Assembly: GCA_003576915.1 (NCBI GenBank)
Contig: QEVF01000003.1
Coordinates: 113,737-177,736, forward strand
Source: Planctomycetota bacterium
GTDB lineage: Bacteria > Planctomycetota > UBA8742 > UBA2392
Length of the DNA: 64,000 nucleotides
Direction: 5' to 3'
Below, piece after piece: positions 56,756 to 64,000 of this stretch (its first letter is position 1; the number at the start of each line of letters is the position of its first letter). The notes under the pieces were generated by a model that was not told where the DNA came from, did not search any database, and worked only from the letters and a program-made list of their open reading frames with translations. The position numbers and the translations under genes are program-made.

Positions 56756-57547
56756 ATGGCCATTCGAGCCTTGCATACGGCGTCCTCGGGCATGTCGGCC
56801 CTGCAGACGCAGGTCGACGTGATTGCCAACAACCTGGCCAACGTGAACACCGTGGGCTTCAAGCAGGACCGGGCCAACTTCGCCGACCTGCTCTATCAGG
56901 AAGTGCGCCGCGCCGGCCTGCGTCAGCCCGAAGGCAACACGGCCCCCGTGGGCCTGAGCATCGGCTCGGGCGTCAAGCTCGACAGCATTGACAAGGAGTT
57001 CCGCCAGGGCGGCATGCGCGTGACAGGCAACAACTTCGACATGGCCATCGAGGGCGATGGTTTCTTCCAGCTGCTGATGTTCAACGGGCAGACGGCCTAC
57101 ACGCGCTCTGGCAACCTGTTCCGCGACAAGGACGGCAACCTGGTCACGGCCGGCGGCCTGAAACTCCAGCCCGGCATTACCATTCCCGCTGAGGCCACGG
57201 GCATCACGGTCTCCGAGGACGGACGCATCAGCGCGATCATGCCCGGCCAGTCCAACGCCGATGAAATCGGCCAGATCGAACTGGCCCGCTTCGTCAACCC
57301 CAAGGGCCTGCAGGCCATCGGCGACAACCTGTTCCTGGAAACGGACGCCAGCGGCAGAGCCGAAACCGGCAGCCCCACAACATCGAGCTTCGGGCGCATC
57401 CGCCACCAGGCCCTGGAGGAAAGCAACGTCGAGGTCGTCAAGGAAATGGTCGACCTGATCAGCGCCCAGCGCGCTTACGAAATCAACGCCAACGCCATCA
57501 AGTCCGCCGACGAAATGATGCGCGTGGCGAACAACCTTCGCGCCTGA
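56756..57547 (+). CDS. flgG: flagellar basal-body rod protein FlgG
   Basis: MAIRALHTASSGMSALQTQVDVIANNLANVNTVGFK... and ...VDLISAQRAYEINANAIKSADEMM. Confidence 0.9.
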   Translation: MAIRALHTASSGMSALQTQVDVIANNLANVNTVGFKQDRANFADLLYQEVRRAGLRQPEGNTAPVGLSIGSGVKLDSIDKEFRQGGMRVTGNNFDMAIEGDGFFQLLMFNGQTAYTRSGNLFRDKDGNLVTAGGLKLQPGITIPAEATGITVSEDGRISAIMPGQSNADEIGQIELARFVNPKGLQAIGDNLFLETDASGRAETGSPTTSSFGRIRHQALEESNVEVVKEMVDLISAQRAYEINANAIKSADEMMRVANNLRA

Positions 57548-57559
57548 CGGAGCCTTGCC

Positions 57560-58648
57560 ATGAGGATTTTCCTGCTTGCCCTGTTGCTCGGCGCCCCGCT
57601 GTTCTCCCAATCGCGTGCCCTGGCCCAGGTGGTGCTCGCCGATCGCGTCCGTGTCGACAGCGCCTACGTCAGCCTCGCCCAGCTCGGCACCCTCAGCGGC
57701 GACAGCGCCACGGTCCAGGCCGCCTCGGCTGTTCTGCTGGGCAAAGCGCCTGCCGCGGGCGAGACCCGCGCCATCGAGATGGCCTACATCCGCACGCGCC
57801 TGCTGCAAAGCGGCGTCGATGCCGACAAGGTGGCCTTCTATGGGTACACCCGGCCTCTGGTGCTGGGCGGACAGGCGCAAAGCGATGCGTCCTCGGGCGA
57901 CTACCACGCGCCGCCAGAAACCCGGGACGCCGGCCGGTCCCCTGCCCTCCCCGGGGACCGTGCAGCTCCTTCGGCGCAGGCTGCCCCGGCTGAGCTTGCC
58001 GGGCAGGACGAAGTCGTGCGTGACGCCCTGGAACGCCTGAAACGGCGGCTGCAGGCCAAGCTGACGCCGCCCCAGGGAGAAATCGAAGTCCGCGAGCTGT
58101 CCCGCAGCCGCGCCCTACTGGCCGTTTCGGGCGGGACGCTGCTGGAAGTCAAGACGCGGCATGCGCAGGAAGCCCTGGGCAAGCTGGACTACGAACTGAC
58201 GTTGGACATCGAGGGTCGCACGGTGAGCGGCCTGACCCTGAGCGTGGAAGTAGGCGTGCGCCTGAGCTGCGTAGCCCTGACGCGCGACGCCCGCGCCGGC
58301 GAGCGCATTACGCCGGACATGTGCGAGGTGCGAGAGCACTTCACCACACGCCCCTTTGCGGGCCTGGCCAGCGTCGAAAGCGCCCTGGGCCGCGAACTGA
58401 CGCGCACGCTGCGCGCTGGGGACTGGCTGACCGAATCCAACACCAAGCCCGCCCTGCTGGTGCGCAAAGGCGAAAGCGTGACGCTTCGCGCCCCACTGCC
58501 CGGCGGCGGCGTGCTGACCACCGCGGCCACGGCCATGGAGTCCGGGGCTGCGGGCGAGCGCATCCGGGTACGCCGCGCCAGAGACGCGGGCCCCGCCGTC
58601 GAGCTTGTGGCCCGCGTGACGGCCGCGGGCGAGTGCGAAGTGGAGTAA
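57560..58648 (+). CDS. flgA: flagellar basal-body P-ring formation chaperone FlgA
   Basis: Signal peptide. SAF/FlgA C-terminal block GESVTLRAPLPGGGVLTTAATAMESGAAGERIRVRR. Sits between flgG and flgH. Confidence 0.7.
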   Translation: MRIFLLALLLGAPLFSQSRALAQVVLADRVRVDSAYVSLAQLGTLSGDSATVQAASAVLLGKAPAAGETRAIEMAYIRTRLLQSGVDADKVAFYGYTRPLVLGGQAQSDASSGDYHAPPETRDAGRSPALPGDRAAPSAQAAPAELAGQDEVVRDALERLKRRLQAKLTPPQGEIEVRELSRSRALLAVSGGTLLEVKTRHAQEALGKLDYELTLDIEGRTVSGLTLSVEVGVRLSCVALTRDARAGERITPDMCEVREHFTTRPFAGLASVESALGRELTRTLRAGDWLTESNTKPALLVRKGESVTLRAPLPGGGVLTTAATAMESGAAGERIRVRRARDAGPAVELVARVTAAGECEVE

Positions 58649-58679
58649 CAGGCGCCGGTCGCCTTATCAGGAGCCAGCC

Positions 58680-59315
58680 ATGATCCGAGTCCTCATTCTG
58701 ACATTGATGGCCTGCGCGCCGCTCTCTGCCCAGGCCCTGTTCAAGGCCGCAACGGAGCAGGACGGCAAGCGCAGCAGCTACTACACGCTGGAGCCTGAGA
58801 AGCCTCGCGGCTGGCGCGTGCACGACCTGATCCAGATCCGCATCGGCGAAAAGGTCAGTGCCCGGCGCAGCGACAGCCTGGAAACCGCCAAACAGGCCGA
58901 CGTCCAGGCCCAGCTCAAGGACTGGATCGCTATTGACGGCGGCACCGGTAACCTCGTCAGCGCGGCGCCGTCTTCGCCCGGCATCAGCCTTTCGGCGGAC
59001 TACGAGGCCCGCAACGATGCCGCGCGCAACCGCCAAAGCCAGTTCTCTGACGTGATCACGGCTGAGGTCGTGCAGGTGCTGCCCAACGGCCACCTGGAGG
59101 TGCGGGCCTTCAAGGAAATCACGGTCATGCAGGACACCGAGCGCGTCGAGCTGACCTGCCGCATCGACCCGGAAATGGCCGACAGTCGCACGAAGAGCAT
59201 CGACGCCAGCAAGTGTTTCGGCCTTCGCATCCGCTACACCGGTGAAGGCGACGTCAGTGACGGTGCGAGACAGGGCTGGCTCACCAGCCTGCTCAACTTC
59301 CTTTGGCCGTTCTGA
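58680..59315 (+). CDS. flgH: flagellar L-ring lipoprotein FlgH
   Basis: MIRVLILTLMACAPLS. Conserved core SQFSDVITAEVVQVLPNGHLEVRAFKEITVMQDTERVELTC. Confidence 0.85.
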   Translation: MIRVLILTLMACAPLSAQALFKAATEQDGKRSSYYTLEPEKPRGWRVHDLIQIRIGEKVSARRSDSLETAKQADVQAQLKDWIAIDGGTGNLVSAAPSSPGISLSADYEARNDAARNRQSQFSDVITAEVVQVLPNGHLEVRAFKEITVMQDTERVELTCRIDPEMADSRTKSIDASKCFGLRIRYTGEGDVSDGARQGWLTSLLNFLWPF

Positions 59316-59383
59316 CTCTGGCACGGAGCCTGCTTCTGCATCGGCAAGACGCGCCCCCGGGGCGCCAACCAGTGAGGCACAGC

Positions 59384-60499
59384 ATGCGGCGGAAGATTTG
59401 TGTTCTCCTCGCGGTACTTTTGTTCTGCGGCGCGGCCCAGGCCCAGGAGGTCAGCGTGCGCGTCAAGGACATCGTGACCTACAAGGGCACTGCCGACACC
59501 CAGCTCACGGGAGAGGGCCTTGTCGTGGGTCTCAAGGGCACCGGCGACGACAAGGACGCCAAGACCCTGCTCATGCTTCAGGCTATGTCGTCCAAGCTCA
59601 ATCAGTCCAAGCTGCCGGCCTCGGCCTATGCCACGAAGAACGTGGCGCGCGTGATCGTGAGCGTGGAAGTGCCGGCCTTCAAAGGCTACGCCGGCCAGAC
59701 CCTGACCTGCCGCGTCAGCGTAGCCGACAAGTCAAAGTCCCTTGAACACGGCACGCTCTTTCCCACCCTGCTCTTCTTCAGCCTCGATGCGGGGGACAAA
59801 ACGGAGTATGCCACGGCCTCGGGCCGGATCACCCTGGCCCAGGACGGCGACAAGCCGCGCAACCCCGTCAACGGCAGCGTGACGGGCTCAATGCTTCAGG
59901 ACATCAAGGTCGAGTTCTTCACGACGCGCGTGGACGATTACGGCAAGCGCCACGAAAGCGTGACCCTGCTGCTGTCGCACCCGGACAGCGCCACCGCCAA
60001 CGAAATCGCCTCGCGCATCAATGAGGCGCGGGCGCTCAACGCGGAGGTTTCGCGCGGCCACGGCGCACCGGCAAGCCTGGCCCGCGCGCTCAACGACGGC
60101 GTGGTCGAGGTCACCATCCCCCCGGCTTTCCACGGCGATGAAATGCGCTTCAAGGAACTGGTTGACTCTCTCAGCGTGAATCCGGATCTCGTGGCCGTAG
60201 TCACCATCGACGAAACCACGGGCGTGATCGTGTTCTCCGGCAATGTGCGCGTGCTGCCCGGCGCCTTCACCGTACGCGGCATCAGCGTGACCATCGGTGC
60301 AGGCGGCGACGTTCCGGAGAGGCCCGAGCCCGGCACCAGCGTGAAATCCGCCACGGTTCCCCTGAGCCGCCCCAACGTGCAACTGCGTCAGTTGATTGAC
60401 ACGTTCAACCTGCTGAAGCTGGACGCCGGCGAAAAGGTCGCGGTCATCCGCGCCCTGTCGCAGAACGGCATGCTCCAGGCGAAGGTGCGATATGAATGA
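59384..60499 (+). CDS. flgI: flagellar P-ring protein FlgI
   Basis: ATG at 59384 after GAGG. N-terminus VRVKDIVTYKGTADTQLTGEGLVVGLKGTGD. Confidence 0.9.
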   Translation: MRRKICVLLAVLLFCGAAQAQEVSVRVKDIVTYKGTADTQLTGEGLVVGLKGTGDDKDAKTLLMLQAMSSKLNQSKLPASAYATKNVARVIVSVEVPAFKGYAGQTLTCRVSVADKSKSLEHGTLFPTLLFFSLDAGDKTEYATASGRITLAQDGDKPRNPVNGSVTGSMLQDIKVEFFTTRVDDYGKRHESVTLLLSHPDSATANEIASRINEARALNAEVSRGHGAPASLARALNDGVVEVTIPPAFHGDEMRFKELVDSLSVNPDLVAVVTIDETTGVIVFSGNVRVLPGAFTVRGISVTIGAGGDVPERPEPGTSVKSATVPLSRPNVQLRQLIDTFNLLKLDAGEKVAVIRALSQNGMLQAKVRYE

Positions 60500-60887
60500 C
60501 GCCGCTGCGACCCTGGCGCGTCCCACGGCGCGCATTACCGGCCAGTGGGAGGACCTGGCTGCCTGGCCCCTGAGCGCCGAAGAGCGCGCCGCCGAGCTGG
60601 CCGCGCGTCGCGAAGTCGAAGAGGTGGCGGCTGACTTCGAGGCCTTCTTCAGGCAGATGCTGATGAAGGCCCAGCGCCAGACCCTTGAGAAGAGTGAGCT
60701 CTTCAGCGGCGGCATGGCCGAGGACATCGCTTCGTCGCTGCTCGATGAGCGCCTGTGTGAACTCTCGGCGGGCCGGGAAGGCGGCGTTTCGCGGATGGTC
60801 CGCGAAAGCCTGATCTCGGGCCTCGACGGCGTGGCCCACGGCGCCCTGCGCCAGACGCTGCGCAAAGCCTACGGACTCAAGCCATGA
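60492..60887 (+). CDS. flgJ: FlgJ-like rod-binding protein (N-terminal rod-binding domain only, no muramidase domain)
   Basis: EAFFRQMLMKAQRQT...ELFSGGMAEDIASSLLDERL is Rod-binding family-like. 131 aa. Confidence 0.6.
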   Translation: MNDAAATLARPTARITGQWEDLAAWPLSAEERAAELAARREVEEVAADFEAFFRQMLMKAQRQTLEKSELFSGGMAEDIASSLLDERLCELSAGREGGVSRMVRESLISGLDGVAHGALRQTLRKAYGLKP

Positions 60888-61372
60888 GCGACCTCACCTG
60901 CCTGCTGGAGACCCTGCGCGGCCTGGCCCGGGCGCAGGACGACCTCAAGGCTGCGGCCCTGGCCAAGCGCGACGCGCTCACGGCCTGCCGCCTCGCCGAA
61001 ATCGAACAGGCCACGGCACGCGAAGAAGAAGCCCTGGCCCGCCTCGCCCCCCTGGAAAACGCGCGCGCGGAAGCATTGGCGCGGCTGCTGCCGGGCGAAA
61101 AGCATCCGCGGCTGGGGCTGCTCCTGCCCCATGCCGCCGGCCCCCAGCGATTGGAACTGGAGGCGTTGCGCGAACATCTTCGGCGCGGCGCGGGTGAGGT
61201 CGCGCGCGTGAACCGACTCAACGCGCAACTGAGCGAGCAGGCCCTGACCCATTTCGCCGGCTACGTGCAGGTGCTGGCCCATGCCGGACTGGGCAGCGAG
61301 CAGCAGGTTTACACACGCAAGGGGGCGCTGGGCAACTTCGCCGCCAGCGCGCTGGTTTCGCGCAACGCCTGA
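60884..61372 (+). CDS. FlgN-like flagellar export chaperone (tentative)
   Basis: Coiled-coil 162-aa protein immediately upstream of flgK with an overlapping start. Assigned by position and composition only. Confidence 0.4.
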   Translation: MSDLTCLLETLRGLARAQDDLKAAALAKRDALTACRLAEIEQATAREEEALARLAPLENARAEALARLLPGEKHPRLGLLLPHAAGPQRLELEALREHLRRGAGEVARVNRLNAQLSEQALTHFAGYVQVLAHAGLGSEQQVYTRKGALGNFAASALVSRNA

Positions 61373-61384
61373 GAAGGAATCGTC

Positions 61385-63349
61385 ATGGGCCTGTTTTCCG
61401 CACTCGATATCGGCAAGTCTGCGCTGGCGGCGCAGGCGGCGGCGCTGCAGGTGGCGGGAAACAACGTTGCCAACGCCGCCACGCCGGGCTATTCGCGCCA
61501 GCGGGTGAACTTCGAACCCATTGACTCCGCACGCCACGGCCAGGCCTTCACGGGACTGGGTGTGGGGATGCGCGGCGTGAGGCGCATCGTCGATCTCGCC
61601 GTGGAGCAGCGCCTGGCCGAAGTCACCAGCCGTCTGGGCGCGCTCAGCGCCTCGCAGCGCGTGCTGCAGCGGGTGGAGGCCTCGTTCAACGCGCTTTCGG
61701 ACCAGGCGTTGCCGCACCAGCTTTCGGCATTCTTCAGCGCGGCCCAGGAATTGTCCCGCGCGCCGGGAAACGTCGCGGCGCGTCGCGTGTTCCTCGAGCG
61801 CGCCCAGGGGGCGGCACAGGGCTTCAACCAGATCGCCGAGGGCCTCGCTTCTTCGCGTCGGCTCGCCGGCGATGAACTGCGCGCGGGCGCCGCTGATGCC
61901 TCCCGCCTGCTGAGCGAAGTGGCTGCGCTCAATGAGGGCATCACCCGCCTCGAAATCGGCGGCACGGCAGCGGGCCAGGCCAACGACCTGCGCGACAAGC
62001 GCGGGCAGAAACTCCAGGAACTGGCCCAACTGCTCGACTTCCGGGCCGTGGAGCAGCGCAACGGCAGCCTGGACATCATCAGCGCAGGGCAGATGCTCGT
62101 GCGCGGCGCCACGGCCTTTGGCCTCAAAGTGGAAGACGGGCCCGAGGGCTCCCTGCGCCTGGCGCTGGCAGAGGGCGGCCAGACGCTGGCCCCCGCGGGC
62201 GGCTCCCTGGGTGCTCTGCTTCAGGCCCACGGCCAGACCTTGCCGCGCTTTGCGCGAGAACTGGATCGCCTGGCGCGGGGCTTCATCGAGGCGGCCAATG
62301 CCGCCCACGCGCAGGGCGCGCCGGCGGGCGGTTTTTCCACGGCGCAGTCGCGGCCCTTTGCGGCCGCACACGCACTGAGCGACATTCCCGTGGTGGTGTC
62401 GGGCCTGGCGCAGCAGACATCAAGTCTGGGCGGCTACCTTGTGGATCCCGCACTCAGGGGCTATCCGGCTTCTGCGGGCGGTTCGCCCACGGCCTTTGTG
62501 GGAGCGCGGGTGCTGATGACCAGCGGCGCGCGGGCCGGCGAGTTCGCCCTGATCCGGGAGTACGACCCCGCGCTGGGGCGCATCGGCTTTGAGCCCCCCC
62601 TTGGCGGCATTGCCGCGGGCGACACCTTCCAGATCACGAGCCTCGATTCGCCCCTGAAGCACGGCAGCTTCGAACTGGTGGTGGCCAACCGCGCCGCGGG
62701 CAGCGAAGAGCGCTTTGCCATTTCCCTGGACCTCGACCAGCGGCCCACGCCTCCGGCCACCAACGACACTACCCTGGCCCAGCTTGTTGATGACATCAAC
62801 GGCCAGTTGCGCGCGCGTCTGGGCGCCGGGGCGCCCCTGGTCGCCCGCGTCACGCCTGACATGAGGCTGGAGATCGCGTCCGGCTCGCCGGATGTCAGCT
62901 TCCGCTTTGAGAACGACAGCAGCGGTTTCATTGCTGCCTCGGGCCTCAACGCGCTCTTTGCGGGCCAGCATGCGTCGAATATCGCGGTCGAAGGCCGACT
63001 GCAGGCCGACCCGTTGCGCCTGTCCGCGGGACTGCAGCCTCAGGATAACAGCGCTGCCCTGCAGATGGCCGCCGTGCAGCACTGGCAGTTTCAGCCCGGC
63101 GTTACGCTGGAGCAATACTTCGAGGGCATGGCTGCGGCTCTGGGTGTGCAGGGCGCTGAAGCCCGCGAGCTGGCCGAGAACCAGGAGGTACTGGTGCAGG
63201 CCGCCAAAGCCGAACGCGAGACCATCAGCGGAGTGAACATCGACGAAGAGGCCGTCTCCATGATGACTCATCAGCGTGCGTTTCAGGCCGCGGCGCGCTT
63301 CGTCAGCATCGTCGACCAGTTGATGGCCACATTGATGCAGTCGATCTGA
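61385..63349 (+). CDS. flgK: flagellar hook-associated protein 1 FlgK
   Basis: MGLFSALDIGKSALAAQAAALQVAGNNVANAATPGYSRQRV. C-terminus HQRAFQAAARFVSIVDQLMATLMQSI. Confidence 0.9.
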   Translation: MGLFSALDIGKSALAAQAAALQVAGNNVANAATPGYSRQRVNFEPIDSARHGQAFTGLGVGMRGVRRIVDLAVEQRLAEVTSRLGALSASQRVLQRVEASFNALSDQALPHQLSAFFSAAQELSRAPGNVAARRVFLERAQGAAQGFNQIAEGLASSRRLAGDELRAGAADASRLLSEVAALNEGITRLEIGGTAAGQANDLRDKRGQKLQELAQLLDFRAVEQRNGSLDIISAGQMLVRGATAFGLKVEDGPEGSLRLALAEGGQTLAPAGGSLGALLQAHGQTLPRFARELDRLARGFIEAANAAHAQGAPAGGFSTAQSRPFAAAHALSDIPVVVSGLAQQTSSLGGYLVDPALRGYPASAGGSPTAFVGARVLMTSGARAGEFALIREYDPALGRIGFEPPLGGIAAGDTFQITSLDSPLKHGSFELVVANRAAGSEERFAISLDLDQRPTPPATNDTTLAQLVDDINGQLRARLGAGAPLVARVTPDMRLEIASGSPDVSFRFENDSSGFIAASGLNALFAGQHASNIAVEGRLQADPLRLSAGLQPQDNSAALQMAAVQHWQFQPGVTLEQYFEGMAAALGVQGAEARELAENQEVLVQAAKAERETISGVNIDEEAVSMMTHQRAFQAAARFVSIVDQLMATLMQSI

Positions 63350-63359
63350 AGGAGTGGTT

Positions 63360-64000
63360 ATGGCTGTCTTCGGACCTCAACTCGCGCGCTCCACTCCCCT
63401 GACCTCCGGTGAGGGCTTGCTGCGACACCTGGCGGCCCAGAACCGCCGCATCGATACCGCCGCCGCCCAGCTCTCCAGCGGTCGGCGCATCGGCTCGCTC
63501 AGCTATGATCCGCAGGGCGCGGCGAACTGGCTGTCGCTGGAGTCGCTCCAGCGCCGCAACCTCCAGTTCAACCGCAACGCGGAAGACCTGCGCCAGCGCT
63601 ACAATCTCGCCGACAGCCAGCTCTCTGAGGCCGGCGACATTCTCTCCAGGCTCAAGAGCCTGGCCCTGCGCGAGAGCAACGCCTCGACGGACGCCCAGAC
63701 CCGCGCCAACAGCGCGCGCGAAGTGGCGGCGCTGCGTCAGGCCCTGCTGGATGTGGCCAACGCTTCCCACGGCGGGCAGGGCCTGTTCGGCGGGCCGGGC
63801 GCGGGTTTCACGGCCTTGGGCAAGGCCGTGCGCGTTGCCGGAAGGCAGGCCCCCAACCGCGTGGAGATCGGACCGGGCGTCAGCCTCGAGAATTCGCTGC
63901 GCGCCGAAGATGTGTTCGGCCCGCCGCTGACGCTGGCAGGCAGCGACCTCAACGCCAGGGCCAGCTTGAGCGACGTGACACCCGTAGGGGCCAGACTGGC
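63360..64000 (+). CDS. flgL: flagellar hook-associated protein 3 FlgL (3'-truncated by window end)
   Basis: AAGGAG SD, then ATG at 63360. MAVFGPQLARS...AQLSSGRRIGSLSYDP is flagellin-N-like. The frame is open to the window end and is not in the supplied ORF track. Confidence 0.75.
   Translation, partial: MAVFGPQLARSTPLTSGEGLLRHLAAQNRRIDTAAAQLSSGRRIGSLSYDPQGAANWLSLESLQRRNLQFNRNAEDLRQRYNLADSQLSEAGDILSRLKSLALRESNASTDAQTRANSAREVAALRQALLDVANASHGGQGLFGGPGAGFTALGKAVRVAGRQAPNRVEIGPGVSLENSLRAEDVFGPPLTLAGSDLNARASLSDVTPVGARL

Noticed and set aside
55862-57907. 681-aa minus-strand ORF
   Set aside because: Antisense to flgF, flgG and flgA, which have canonical rod-protein motifs.
60869-62371. 500-aa minus-strand ORF
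   Set aside because: Antisense to flgK.
1-64000. CRISPR arrays, rRNA/tRNA genes, transposases/integrases/prophage genes
   Set aside because: I scanned intergenic regions and ORF translations and found no direct-repeat/spacer array, no tRNA-like cloverleaf-sized intergenic segment, and no transposase, integrase or phage structural motifs.

Overview
This is a 64 kb, gene-dense, high-GC (roughly 68-70% by eye) bacterial chromosomal segment with genes on both strands. Many antisense frames stay open, as expected at this GC content, so I called genes only where a protein-family signature, a signal peptide or gene-order logic supports the frame. I saw no rRNA, tRNA, CRISPR array, transposase or integrase. 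The segment contains secA (long form with a Zn-finger tail), rnc, a pabB/trpE-family gene, two tandem clpS paralogs, two tandem EamA transporters, a PTP-loop phosphatase, and a GT2-DUF2062 glycosyltransferase coupled to an LpxL-family acyltransferase. It also holds an orphan tssL(DotU)-tssM(IcmF) pair lying immediately after a glutamine-chemistry cluster, in which a class-II GATase-like domain with Ser in place of the nucleophilic Cys is fused to a transglutaminase core and is followed by a tandem-duplicated glutaminase whose second copy has lost the Ser-x-x-Lys catalytic motif. Further along sit a standalone RtcR-type CARF domain, a roughly 140-nt structured RNA-like element present in two inverted copies with compensatory stem changes, and a bacterial dynamin-like GTPase. 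A giant (~956 aa) flagellin has a sigma-28-like promoter and a strong terminator. A 1672-aa Kelch/Ig-like lipoprotein is followed by a 1525-aa Ser/Thr kinase with a C-terminal FGE-sulfatase domain, which is translationally coupled to a caspase-like protein lacking the catalytic His. The window ends with a flagellar flgF-flgG-flgA-flgH-flgI-flgJ-(flgN)-flgK-flgL cluster. Eukaryote-like kinase and phosphatase genes, many lipoproteins and a possible MYXO-CTERM-like tail loosely suggest a Myxococcota-like or deltaproteobacterial source, although the flagellar genes are atypical for classical myxobacteria. The most promising candidates for something new are the orphan TssL/TssM pair with the pseudo-enzyme glutamine cluster, and the CARF-RNA element-dynamin neighbourhood.
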